DNA of 64,000 nt from the NCBI GenBank assembly GCA_964304625.1, contig OZ199839.1:3071223-3135222 (forward strand), read 5' to 3'. Both the position numbers and the translations under genes were made by a program. This DNA is from Kudoa neothunni. Lineage: Eukaryota; Animalia; Cnidaria. Shown here in pieces: positions 1 through 13,325 of this stretch (position 1 is the stretch's first letter; every line of letters starts with the position of its first letter). The notes below the pieces were generated by a model. That model saw only the letters and a list, made by a program, of their open reading frames with translations. It was not told where the DNA came from and made no database searches.

Positions 1-1024
1 GGGTCTTTTGGACCCCAAGCGATATTAGTTATGAATTTTCTACCACATTAATTTATGAGAAGTTTCACTAATTAAAAAACTCTTTCATTACATAGAAAAA
101 AAGTTTCCAACGATTTTTTTTCATCAAATTATCCAAAATGTTTGGGAAGCTTCGAAAAAATTCTATCGACTAAATATATTTTTATTGCATGAATATCATA
201 ATAGTAATTACTCCGATACCGAGTCTTCAGATTTATTTTCTTGGTTTCATGATTATTTATCGTTAGAAAAGTTTGATATTGATATAGATATACAAATTAA
301 CTCATTAATACACAAGAACGGAATGTTATGTACGCCATTATTTTAAAATATAACAATATTTTAGGGTGGTAAAATTTTTGGTGATAAATGGGTCGAATTG
401 GATTGGTTCATTAACCGTTTATTTCTGATGGGATATCACAGGGATAACTGAGAATTGGTTAAAGAGATATTTGGGCTAGAATAAGGAAAGATATATCATG
501 ATTTATTCTCATGACATAAATTTATCCAGATAATGTGAGTTTCACATTTTGATGGTATGGGAAATATTGAGGTAACAAAATAATCGGGAAATTTTTGGCA
601 CGTTGGTGAACTACGACATATTTAGGGGGTTTTCACCCTAATGAACATTTCAAATGTATCTATGTTACCTGTTTTATGCAATAGTTTATGTCTATGCCAG
701 GATTATGTATGATGTTTTTTGATCACTATAGGTGCAACTCAAATAAAGAATTAATTTTATTAGATTAGCCGAATTTTAAGGTATGTTTATAGAAAATATG
801 TGATCTCAAGAGTAATACATACGTATACGCTGTGGTTAAAATATTTCTTCATCATTTTCACACAATATTGCATGATGTCATTTATGAAATTACTGAATAT
901 ATAATCTATAAAATATTTTAAAAACTTCTAAAAATACACATTACTATTTTTTCAAATAAAAACGTGTGGTCTTTTAGATTCCAATTATACTTGGAGGGTG
1001 GAAATTTTCATGTGACTTAGAAGG
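1..1024 (+). mobile_element. Degenerate piggyBac element, left end outside the window
   Basis: Right end ...GTGACTTAGAAGG|TTAA (1025-1028) is nearly identical to the right end of the element at 33925-36043. Subterminal palindrome GGGTC-n-GACCCC at 1-16. Positions 455-630 align by eye with the VKELFW...HFD...HIRELW region of that element's transposase. Confidence 0.75.
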
Positions 1025-1449
1025 TTAATAGTGAAACTTAAGCACACTTTTAATCTCGAATCTAAAATTTCCTTATCAAACCCTTTAGATACTCTCATCG
1101 AAACTGGTTTAGGAATGAATACTGCAATATAAGTCATAGAGAACAAAAGCATATAATAAAGCTATTAATACTTAATATTAGTAGTTATAATAGAAACAGA
1201 ATCTTTAAAAACAACAATATAGATGAAAATAGTTCAAATAAGTAGAACAGGTTGATAGGCCGAATGAGGGAGTAGTTAAAGTGAACGCATATGAGTAGGA
1301 TAGCCGTGTGAAATCATCAAACCGTAGTAGACGAAATAAGATATAAAAATTAACTAAAGTCAACCAACTATATAAATCAATCCATAAGAAACCTCACAAT
1401 CGTACCAAATTCATTAATATTTTAATATGAGAGTTTTTGAAGTGGACGA

Positions 1450-4253
1450 CTATTGTGACTTTTTAACACTAAGGCGTGCACTGAGATCTGAGGCAACATC
1501 TTTCCATTTGGCCATCTCGGCAATATTTCCACTGGACCTACAAATAAACAATACATCAATAACAACAAACACAAAGAGAAGCCAATTAATTGTGCAGCAA
1601 TTATTTCAAGCAAAAACTCAACAATAACAGTCGAATATTCACCTCAATGAGCCACGGATATCTTTAATTTTTCCAAAGTACACCTCGGCCATAGTTTGTC
1701 TCATTCTATTCTCCATATCTTCGATCATTCGACCGATAAATTCCAAATGAGTGTTTTCGTTTGTGACAGTGGCTGGCATTTGTGATTGGCGAGTCAGGTT
1801 ACCTCCAAGATTTAGCGTACCGTTGTCAGAGTTGTTCTACAAACACACACATGAATAGTATCAACCTCCAAATCAATCCTATTGATACTTGAAGCCAGAG
1901 CATAATGTTTGATGTGAGTTGAATATTACATTTGATAGTGGAACCAGATTTTTTCTCCTAATTATCATGGTTGGCAGTTAACAAATCGGTTATAATTAAA
2001 TCCAAAAAAAGTCCACTTACATCGACCTCGAATACGTGTAATGAATCCCAACATCCTTGAATTTTTTTGGATCCTTCGCCGCCTATACATCGAAAAATTG
2101 ATATAAAAATAGGCTCATTGTTAAAGCTGATGCTGAAAATTATTGAATGACCCCCTAACAATTAAAAAAAATGCAAGTAACTATTAGCACGATAAATGAT
2201 ATTCAGATGGCATTAGTTTTGACTATATTTAATTATTTCTGGTCTTTAAGAGCGAAATAGTGGGTTAGAAATAATTCAGTATAGCAGATTCTAAAACATT
2301 AAATTTACAAACAGCTTGTAAGTAGGAGTTGTTGAGATTAAAAATCCCCGAAAATTTTTATGATAAAAATTGCGCTCAATACTCATTACATAGCAAATTA
2401 ATTGTAAAAACCAATCCATAATATCCTGAATTCGAATTATATACACATCACATGTATATGTATGAAACATCCATTACAGTTCAACCTCGATTATCCGGAA
2501 AATTTGGGCCGGCGATTTTCTTTTTTGATAATCGAACATAAAGCATCGCGCACACATTAAAATTCCACCGAAAGGATTGTTTATTTAATTTATAATTGAT
2601 TTTCACTATTTATTAAGTAAAATGTTTAACTTCTGCAACGTAGATTGAAAATATTGGCATATCTATTAACCAAGAATATGAATATTTGAAAGAAGAAACA
2701 GCGCAAAATAATAGGAGAAAAACACGTCTCTAACAGAGTGCACTACTTTTAAAAATAATCGAACATTTATCGACGCGTAATTTCAATAAAATCCAAACAA
2801 AATTTAAACTATCTTCCGGATAATCGAACCTCGATTGTACCTTGATTTTTACGCGCCTAAGCATCACATGTATGAGACATCAATTAATCCTCAAAACTAT
2901 TTCCTATGGGCTCATTTAAGTCACAACTGGCTCCCACATTACTGATTGGAGAGGGTCAACCTTTATTCTTTACAAAGAATAAAACTCTCTAATTTCTAAC
3001 AGGTGGAATGAATGTTAAACTAAATAATAACAGAGAATATCCAATGAGAATGCATCAACTCCAAGTAGTTGCCCACAACTACTTTTCGACATTCTATATT
3101 AATTCTTTTCTCTTGTAGAAGAGTAGAAAACGAGAAAAGTCGTTTTCTCAATTGAAATAACATTGAAAAATCTAGATTGGTTTGAATTAAAAGTTGTTGT
3201 TCATTCTGTACACACTATCATTGTGTAAAATATGTGAAATAATAGTTATGGATTTAAATAATCAAATACTCGTCAACTTTCGGCGCTTCAAATAAGAAAC
3301 AAGGTACCATAATTATGTGTGTTGGGATTAACGAAATACTCCGAAATTTGACCCAGATTAATTTAAATCGCATAGTTATTTTTTCAATATTCCAACCCAA
3401 ATAAACAAATTGTTAAACTAAAATAATTAAACCTAAAATTTGTTCTAGGAATTAAGGTGTTAAATTATCTATGAAATTTAAGAATATTTAATTCTCAATT
3501 TAAAAATTACATGCGCCAGCAAAATTTCAATAGAGGGTCAACGCAGGTTACCGTCTTCAATTGTGTATAAATTACTTTTCTTTATCAGAACCACGCCAGC
3601 AAAACCTCCATCAACGTCCCACAAATACACAGAAGAGATACCTCCCTCGTAGTAACTACAATCACAACAACCCCATTACAAATGCCAAGTCCCAACAGCG
3701 TGAATACACAACAACAACAACAACAACAAATAGAAAAGAAGATACAGTTCTCGGTATTGGTTGAATGCAGTATTGGCTTCGATTTCCAACTTTCGCAGTC
3801 GATCGGATGGAACAGCTCCGTCGCTTAATGGAGGGTCGTATTGGTTGCTCCATGGCGATCTAAGAACAATCATCTACATCCAACCACCAAATCCAATCAC
3901 CTATAGGAGTCACCATCTCTGTTGTAATCGCAAAGAAGATATTGTCGTTGGGTTTCCTTACAAAGTGACACTTTAAGGGGTTGATCAACTGTGGCCAACA
4001 AATCTTCCATCAAATCTTCAGGTGCCTATCATCAAAAAGGGATAAATTAATCGGCATTACCCAACTATGTATTTGTAGGCGATATAAAAATTCGAAAGTA
4101 GTTACGAGTTGAATCAGATCGGAGAGATTTTTTTCCACATTCTGTGGCGGCATTCTTCTCATTAGATCCAAACAGCAATCTAATCGCTTATTTTGTTTCG
4201 ACTAGAAAACATCATGTTAAATTATCGGCGCAACCGAACACCAAATTTACCAT
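1450..4253 (-). CDS. CAPZB: F-actin capping protein beta subunit (spliced, about 8 exons; first coding exon is the ATG alone)
   Basis: Spliced translation M|[32 protein letters not shown]...[39 protein letters not shown]|[26 protein letters not shown]|[20 protein letters not shown]...[12 protein letters not shown]...[23 protein letters not shown] matches canonical CapZ-beta motifs. Stop TAG at 1450-1452. 1.5 kb intron at 2083-3575. Confidence 0.96.
2477..2837. mobile_element. pogo/Tc1-type MITE in CAPZB intron
   Basis: TA|CAGTTCAACCTCGATTATCCGGAA ... TTCCGGATAATCGAACCTCGATTG|TA. 14-bp perfect inverted core with TA flanks. Confidence 0.6.
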
Positions 4254-5306
4254 ATTGAGATGAAGATTCGAGGAAATTTAATCAAAAACTGTGGTGTTGT
4301 AAAGGGTATGCTCAACGGAAGACCAAATATCTCTAACCGAACCTAAATGTATAGAGAGTGATTAGAATTGTGTTTGTTTTGTAGAGTGGCAGTCATTTGA
4401 ACTACCACCCCAATTCAATTATCATAATAGTCGACGAATTGGCATTATAAATTCTCGTATCCTAACAGATCTCACTGAAAACCTACTTGAATAATGTGAA
4501 CGCAGATCCAAAGGAACCAACAATCCCTATATCCAAAATCTTAGTCGGTTTCAGTTGGTATATATCGGAATCAAAATAAGCTTATCAAGATAATGTTAAT
4601 ATCGTTAAACTTATTGTGTGTGTGAGCTGAGAGTTGATATAGGGTGTGAATAGTTAGATATCGTGAGGCAGGTAGATTGCTTTTGGTACTGATTAGACAG
4701 CGAATAACACCAACCATTGAGTAATACCAACGAAATAATTGTGATAATCCCCTTGTATTGTATCGACTGAATCTATCATATATAAATGATGAATATTTTA
4801 TTTGTTGGATTTTCATTTATTGTTAACCAAAAATTGTAATAAATGCAATCAGATTGTTTTCTCCATCCCAATCCGACTATCATTCCTACTATAGCGATAA
4901 TGCGATTACGAATAAAACACAGTGTTATGAACCTTGTATTGCTGTTCTAATATATTTTTATGAACTAAATAAAGTAGCTATCATCATAAATCATAAATAT
5001 GCTAGTTGGTTTTTAAAACTAAATATTCCTCGTTAAATCTACTCTCAACATAGCAGATTCTTGATTTTATCTACCGAACCTAACGAGGACAAAGTTTGAC
5101 GGAGTGTGATAAAAGATGATGCTGTATAATAATAATAATAATAATAATAATGTATGCTTATGAAATATAATAACAGAGTATAATGATGAAATGAGACGAA
5201 GTGATAGCAGCTGGCTAGAAAGGGAAACAACTAACAGTCGTCATAAAAATCGTATTAAGAGATAAAAGATGGGTGGGCAAACAGTCCGTTCGATAGTATG
5301 TTGTTA

Positions 5307-5457
5307 TTAGGCGATAAGCACATCATCGTCATCTAGCTCATCATTCATCAGTGGATTCGAATGTAGGTGGTCGAACTGATCATCAGATCTCGCCATAAAA
5401 CACACACGATACACACTCACAAATATACCCAAAAAGAAACACTAAATAACAATATTG

Positions 5458-5493
<36 letters not shown>

Positions 5494-8400
5494 GAGAACA
5501 ACTAATTATATATTACCAACAAGAATGCATTGATCGTATAGAATATAATACTGGCAAAGAAATTCGCTTTCAAAAAGAATGTCTTTAAAAATACAGCCAG
5601 AATTGTTTCCACACATTCCTCTACAAAGTTACAATGTTATAAATTGTTGTTGAAGAAATGGCGGCGAAATTTAACTAAATTCAAGAAATGCACCTGAAAA
5701 CAAGTTAAATTCAAGTTTAGTTGTTATTTTCTCAAGTTATTGCAACGTTAAGAGAACTATTAGTAGAACTTTTAATATTTTTAATTCTTTTAAATTGTTA
5801 AAAAACAAAGTTAATTTTCTTTCTAGAATGTTGAAATGTAATTAATTTTAATTTATCCCTGGAGATCGACCTCAAAGAATATTCCGACAGGAGTCGGTGT
5901 GAAGAAGCATCTTCCACTACAGTTTTGGCCTTGTAAACAAGCCCGAAACTCCGAATATATAAGGTAATGTGTGGGTGAATAATTTTAAAAGCAGAAACTA
6001 CTGGTTGGTTAAATTTTAATTCTAAACTACTTGTACGCTTGCGCATTGAGATGTTTTAATACCAAGCAAGAACTCGTACTCACAAGTAGGGTTGGAAATT
6101 TTCGATTAAACTCGATTTTGATCAATTAGAATAGTCGAATTGAAGGAAAATAGCTAGTTTGAATTTTTTTAGTCGACAAAATTGGTTCCCGCCGAAAAGG
6201 AACGTTTGAAATGAGAAGGAAACGATGTGAATTGACTAATTACTTGATGAAATGGAATGAATTAGAAGAAGTTGAGAATTCACCAATATTTTAATATTGA
6301 AAAAGACTCAACAAATTTTTGGAAATAAAATCTGATAGCCTCAATATGTTTTATTTCTCATTAGAATTTTTAATTGATGCTCTTAATCTGTTGTATGATT
6401 TCTCAAAATTAATAGAAACGAACGAGAATTGTGCATCCCCGAATTTTGATTCGATAAAAGATGACTATGTGATTAAAGCAGATAATTTAATCAAAAATCA
6501 TAAAGATATTATTGACCTTGTTCCATTTGAATTTTGAAAAAATTTGCTGTTTAAATGTGAAAATTTGTGATGTCACAAATGAAGAAATTAATCGATCAAT
6601 AAACTCCAATTATTATTGATAAATTAAATGTTGATGAGCTTCGTTACTTTTTAAAAGGTAAAGATTTAATTCAATTCAATTCAATAACGAGTACAACATG
6701 TTATGTAAAATGATAAAAGATTCAACTCGAACCCTAAATATTGATTTCTGGAATAAAAGGTCAAATGCTTGCCCATTCTTTCGAGACTTTATCAAGAAAT
6801 ATTGACTTTATCAGTTTCCTCCATTAATATTGATATGGGTTTCTTAAAATTGCGAAATACACTGACTTATGGGTTATGGGTTGTGCGTAATGATTTTGAT
6901 TATGTACGACACATAAAATACATGAAAACCATTGAAAATGTAATTTTTCTAAAGTTAAATTTAAGTAAGATTCTGCTAATGTTATTAAGTTTATATCACG
7001 TGAGTTAAATTTTCTGGATATTGATTAATTCATGTTTTATTGCGATATTACTTACGACTCATAACTGCGCACGTCCCCCAAGTTACTATATATTTGGAAA
7101 AGAAAGTATTAATCTTTGAGATGAGCGCTTGGAAATGCTCTCAATATTAAATTTTAATGGTCCATTATAACTATAATTAAAATTCTACTATCTATTTTTT
7201 AATTAGATACTTTTTTTTAAGTAGAAGTAGTTATAAACTGAATTTTAATCTTTTATTTGGATACAAGTCGATAAAATACGAATTTAATTTTTTTTTATTG
7301 CGGACGGTAAAAATAAATGTCGAAAATTTCTAACCCTATTCACGAGCTGCTATACAGAGATTCAATTATCTAGAATCTTCTATTTTTAATTATGCAATAA
7401 TTCAACAAAATTTGATATTAATTTTAAAAAAATATACAGCGAATTTATCCTCTAACGATAGAATTATATGAAACTTTTGTTTGAATAATGTTTTTGACTA
7501 CAACTGATATAAAAATTAAATAAGATAAATTACATTACACCGGAAAAGTAATAGATTTTGAAATTTTTTTCCCTCTTTAAAAGTTATTTTTTTCGTGAAG
7601 AAAACTTGTAAAGTTAGATAAAAAATTATTCCTTAATAAATAATTTCGAATATCATTAAAGTATACTTAAATCTCAAAAGTGAATAGTTCTATTTAATAA
7701 TTAACTTTACGGCATGAAATTTTCTTTGTGCCAATTTCTCTCAAAACATAATACGGTATTACGTTACCGATTTTCGTACTTTTAGCGCAAAATGCAAAAT
7801 TTTCATTTAAACGATGGCGAAAAGTTCGGCCTCGCTTTGTTTGGTTATGGTTATACAGTAGAGGCACTCGATTTTAAACACTTTTTGCGCATGCACATAA
7901 CAATTATGTATCCCCTTTTGGGGAATTTAGAAGAAAAATTCATGTTTTTTATTGAAATAATATAAAAGGATATAAATTCTACAACGGGGAACAAAATTAA
8001 ATGATACTTAGTTTTAATTTTTGAAAGAATCAATAATTTTCGTTTGTGTCATATTTTGACCCGCTACGACGTATACAAATCAATTTCCAATATTAACAAT
8101 GATCGAAAACGATCTAAACCTTTTAAAATTAGTGAGAAAATTTAGTTCTTTTTTTGAGGAGGCCATTACCATTGCCATATTTGATATGTCGAAATGTCTC
8201 GCAGTAACTATCTTAACGTTTATTTACGGAAACCTTTCGAAGTATTTTAATATTTTGTATTTTTATCTTCGCTTATCGCTAAATTTCTAATTTTTCAGCG
8301 AATAATTCTACATTGGTCAACAGAGGGCCCGGAGAAAAGTGTGCAAAATCGATACATCACGTGATTTTGGCTACGCATTTTACATCATTTGCAGCCTATT

Positions 8401-11400
8401 ATTTGAACCGAAATTACTCAGATGTTTAATATTTTTGTTTATATAAACATTGGAAACATTTAAAGTTATAATTAAATAAATTCGAAAAAAAGTGTGAAAA
8501 ATCGATTACCAACTGTACCAATTAATAAAATTTTATCATTTGTTCTTTTGGGCGGTGCTAAAATATTTTCTAATTATTCGACAATTTCCTCTTTATTTCA
8601 ATACTCCATCCAGTGTTAAAAGTGTCTTCAGATTAAAATGTTTAAACCCCTCAGCTTAGGCTTAGCTTCCCTTCGAAGTAAACTATCAAAATATTTAATA
8701 AATTCATATTTATCTTTAATTTTTCGGCGTTTATTGATTTGTCGTACCATTTATAAAGTACGAACAATCCGCAAACGTTTGGAAAATTACGAAAAATCCA
8801 CTGTGTAGTATTCTTCGTATTTGTTGAAAAAACTTTTATTAGATAAATATTTTTTCAATTCATATTTGATATTTTCCAATATATTTCCCATTCAGGAACA
8901 AATAAAAGCAAGAAAAGTTCAAAAAATCTCTTACATACTGTATCAAGACAGTGCTAAATTTGAGATGAAACTTAGTGTGAGTAAAGATCGATAGACAAAA
9001 TTATTTAGATCAATTAGACGTTAAGCTGAAAAGATATTCTGTTATAGTCTATAGTGAATGTATGACTAATGTATTATATCGCGCGATTGTCAGAAATAGC
9101 GCTTTAATAATATACATTTATTAAAAAAATCAAGACGTCTCTTAACAAATTATAGAATAATAATTTAAGTTAAAAATATTTAATTTGCTTAAAAATTAAT
9201 ATACTAAAAATATGTTCCCTACTATTTTTTCATTTATTAATAAATATTTAATTAGATTAACTTGTATTTTCCATAAATAATTTTTTTATATTTTTTCGTT
9301 TGAGGATTATTAGACGAAGCGTTTGTAATATTTTAAGTGACTATGCAAAACATACTTTGAGGGGAAGCACCATCACACGTAGCCAGCTTATTCGACTAAC
9401 AAAAATTATCCATCAAGACTAACCAGTATAAAACTACTTTAGTCACATAGGTTTGATGTCCAAATGTCATATAGGTTGGTAGAATGTTGAATAGTAGCGA
9501 ACTGAACGAGAGGCAAATAACCGACATCAGCAGCGTGAAGCAAATCAACGCTTGTGAATTACTTTTTCCGGGTCTCACGTTGTACATCTGTGGAAACATT
9601 GATGTAGAACAGTAGTCAGACTGCAGTGGGATGAGATATTGCATAAACAAGTACTTTCACTAGAAGCACTCGTACACCAAGACTTTTTATCGAATACAAC
9701 GACGCCACCAAGAGCGTAGCAAACATCATCGAGAAAATAATGTAATCCAATGGGAAATACTAAAATATGAGGTTAAGCGAAAAAGATCAAACAATGTGGT
9801 TGAACTATTGCAGCTGAGGGAATACCTGTTGTGATTTGGTGATGATAATGTCGGCTGGATTCACAATGGATGACTTATTTAATGCATATCCCAAAGAGTA
9901 TGAGCTGTGTATCCATTTGTCGACGCTGAATGAAACCCAATAAAAAATTAACGCGTTCACATCGCTACACATAGCTTACCAAATGGTGGATAACGAAACC
10001 ACTAACAATGCGGAAATAAAAAGTCCAACCGTTCCAAAAACCAACTTGAATGGATACAGGATTAAAAAACTCGCAATTCGTTTAAAAAATCCTTCACGTT
10101 CCTCAATAACAATAGGCTGCTCATTTATTTGATCATTGTAAAGGGATTGATGCTCAGCTACAGCGTTACGCGCAAATTCACTTTTTAGATTGGCAGTATT
10201 CAATGTGGTGATGTTAGATTTTGGCCTTATAGGGGATTCAATCAACTATTTACAATCATATGTGACCAAATTTTTGACTCCCCTTAGGCGGGAAACTGTA
10301 ATTTACTCGTTCCGTCGATTCTCTCCAATTGAAGAAACTATTGCAACGCAGTAGCACCATAGGAGTGTGAGACAATCCGTAAGCCTAATCGGCATCACAG
10401 TAGCAATACTATTGTCACAATTTATGGTATCGGATAGCTCACTGTGTAAAAACATGATGTTATTATTCCCGCAATTACCAAAGCACTGTAGACAAATCCA
10501 ATAGTGGATATGAACTCTAAACACACAGATCAACAGATGTAGCAGCTGATTTTTCGAAAATTACTTGGACTTAAAGAGTCAATAAGAATGTGGTTTTTGG
10601 AGGCAGGTGTTGGATTGACACCTTTTGGAGGAACAAATGCTCTATATTTGCAACAAATAATCATCGATTAAACATTATGAAGTCTATACCCACACAAGCA
10701 TATCACAACCAACAACAGCGTGGTGATAAATGCCGCGAAGAGTGCTCGATAACATTTCTACACATACAGGTTAGATATTAAGAAAGGATCAGATGGGCGT
10801 GTTTTTGTTCTACTTTGGATGCCACTTCATCGTCGTAATCACTTCCATCGTAAAGAAAGTAGAAAAATGGCAGTATACCAAAAACAAACGTTGCCAACGT
10901 ACCGTACAACGTGAAATAGATGATGGTTATAACCTTTTGAATGTGCATAACAATCTCATCTTTAACCCATGGCTAACAATTTTTGGATTATTTGAGTTGA
11001 TAATATTTATATGATGAAAGAAGGTTGGCAATTTTAATGTCAATCACAAAATGAGTTAGTTACCTTGAAATGACCGTCTTTACCCTTCATATATGAAACC
11101 ACAAACACATCAATCGGCATAATAAATGTAAGCACAATGGCAAACATCAATCCCAATCCACACACAAAAGAAACCGCTGTGGTTTTCCTATTTCGATTTC
11201 TCAGCCATAACATTGTGCTGTAAGAAACACACAATGATATCTACATTGTGTTATGTTAGATCTCATACGTGCGAAAATTCAAACATACAATCACTGCTAT
11301 TGATAAACCTATCCATCCGATCACTTCTGGCGTCAAAGGGTGGAGGGGTTGAGTGGGAGTCGAGTGTAAATTGGTGGACTCTGCCTTAATTTTACCCAAC

Positions 11401-11520
11401 AGTTCATTACCAACCAAATTAGCCTTTGACTTTAAGTTTTCACTTAAATCACCACCTATATTTCATTTCACAAATTGTACATTATGGTATGTTCAAGTGT
11501 ATTCTACTTTTCACGACCAT
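5307..11520 (-). CDS. LMBRD1: LMBR1-domain lysosomal cobalamin transport escort protein (LMBD1), multi-exon
   Basis: Multi-TM exons including IVLTFIMPIDVFVVSYMKGKDGHFK, LILYPFKLVFGTVGLFISALLVVSL, MYNVRPGKSNSQALI and LPTYMTFGHQTY. The last exons SNKLATCDGASPQ|KECVETILAVFL...DDDDVLIA* are joined across a 3735-nt intron (5621-9355). Start ATG 11520 inferred (M-V-V-K|S-G-D). Confidence 0.88.
5459..5488. repeat. (TA)n microsatellite in last LMBRD1 intron
   Basis: About 15 TA units seen directly. Other short microsatellites: (ACA)n ~3707-3729, (TAA)n ~5127-5150, (TTGA)n ~12963-12982 and ~22496-22517, (GAAT)n ~55124-55150. Confidence 0.9.
6087..7338 (+). mobile_element. Degenerate hAT transposon inside the LMBRD1 long intron
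   Basis: TIRs TAGGGTTGGAAATTTTCGA / TCGAAAATTTCTAACCCTA. 8-bp TSD CTCACAAG / TTCACGAG (6/8). Remnant hAT dimerisation domain FWNKRS..PILSRLYQEILTLSVSS..LKLRNTLT. Confidence 0.85.
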
Positions 11521-12026
11521 ATCTCAAGTATTTCAGCTAATCGGATATCACTTATTTACCGATTGACACTTTCAAATTATCTAATCTGCTTATTTGGCAA
11601 TCCTTTGATTTCAGTTATAGGATTATAACAATTAAATAATTGAGTTTAGTCTTAGTTTAATATGATTGAGATTTAAATTCGAAAAGTTTCCTGATTGACT
11701 CACTCCGGCTTTACACCTCTCATCACGGTGGCCAACCGAGTCAACCCTTTTGCCATGAAACAGTCAACATATCTTTATTATATCTAAATCTTGCTGATAA
11801 AACTAGTATACTTGAACCCCTCCCTTTATTCTTAACCATTCTTTTGTTACTTCCATCAATCTCTATTTATTTTAATTGCATATTGAAAGGTCATTATCTT
11901 AATATAATTAAGAACATTTATTCCCGTAAACTTCGTTGTATATTTTTAGAGTTATTTAGCAAATCAATTTAATTAGTAATTATTATTATTATTATTATTA
12001 TCATTATTTTGTGAGTTAGATTTATT

Positions 12027-12287
12027 TGTAGCTATAGGTAGTTATAAATATCCCTATATAAATACTTGAGTTGGAAAGATCATCGGCTTGATATGAGTGC
12101 CGGTATAAAGCTGGGATGTGGACTGTTCTTGTGAGCACATGATATAATCATTTGTTTTGGTCTTGGAAACAAATCTGGTAATAAATGTTTTCACTTTGTG
12201 TTTCTGAAGACAACTAAGGCTGGGGTTTGACTTGGTGCACGAATAGCACTGTTACTCTTAATGATTTGAAAACCTCATATAATTACA
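12027..12287 (+). mobile_element. Possible solo LTR
   Basis: TGTA...TACA termini, internal TATATAAATA followed by AATAAA, GC-richer than its flanks. 4-bp flanks TATT/AATT match only 3/4. Confidence 0.3.
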
Positions 12288-13325
12288 AATTTTTATTAAA
12301 TAATTATAGTTTTAATTTTGTTTATTTGTCATTAAAAAAATTCCCCACAAATTTATAAAGTATTTTTTTTTCAACAATTAATGGTTTGGATAGGCGTCAT
12401 GGAATACCGATTTCATATTGCATATTGCAATTGGGAACACAATGAAATAGCAATAATCTCTTTTATAGATGGGAAATAACAAGCTAGAGACTATTTTCAT
12501 AATAAATTTTAATCCAAAATAGTCATGCTTATACGCGTTGGTAATTTTTATTATCAAAAACTCTTACTCACCAGCTGTATGCAAATTTTATTTTTTGAGA
12601 ATCCTTTATATTAAATTATTTCTGACCCCCGATTCGTTCTTAAGGGCCAAAAATAATTAACCAAATGTTTCCAGCATGGGGCGTGGAAAATCCTGAGTAT
12701 TGGTATTGGTGTGACACGGATATTAATGTGATAATTAGGCAGTATGACTCACTTTGAAGTTAAAAATCAGCGATTTTCGATATCACTGATTTTTAAGTGA
12801 CGATTAATATCATAAAAAAATACAAAATGCAATGACTGATTACATCAAAATTAATAATAATATTTAACATCCTCCGACCGACTAGGGTCAGAATGGGTTG
12901 AATCTCAATCTCGTTCTATTTAGAATCGTATATCCCCATTTTTGAAGAAACCTAATATAATATTGATTGATTGATTGATTGATTCTGTGGTTATATTATT
13001 TATTTTCGGTTCATTAGCCCCGTATACATGAAAGTCTTCCCCAATGAAGGTTGGATTACCGCGAGTTTCATTTGATACTGTTTATAAAGTAACGAAGAAC
13101 TAAAGATGTTAATTTTGAAGATGAATCGATGAATTAAGTTAGATCTGATCGGATATATTTTAATTCTAACGAGAAAAGAAGTATACATTAATTTCTTTCA
13201 AATTCCAATACGATAGGGAACTTTTTTCAAAGAAAAAGTGAGCGCGATAGAAAAAAAGGTCGGAGAACACTAGATTAACCCGTTAAAGTTTTCAATAACA
13301 GAAAATTTCAAATTTTCAATTGTTA

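Noticed and set aside
3500-3555. Alternative CAPZB exon (repeat of CGCCAGCAAAA)
   Set aside because: It would need a 21-nt intron and introduces a stop. The 11-bp match is compatible with chance.
4260-5300. Hidden small gene between CAPZB and LMBRD1
   Set aside because: Several GT/AG-bounded pieces exist on both strands, but no combination gave a stop-free recognisable protein. Likely UTRs.
12066-12260. Possible structured ncRNA (RNase P/MRP, snoRNA)
   Set aside because: No complete conserved motif set found. TATA plus AATAAA and TG...CA ends fit an LTR fragment better.
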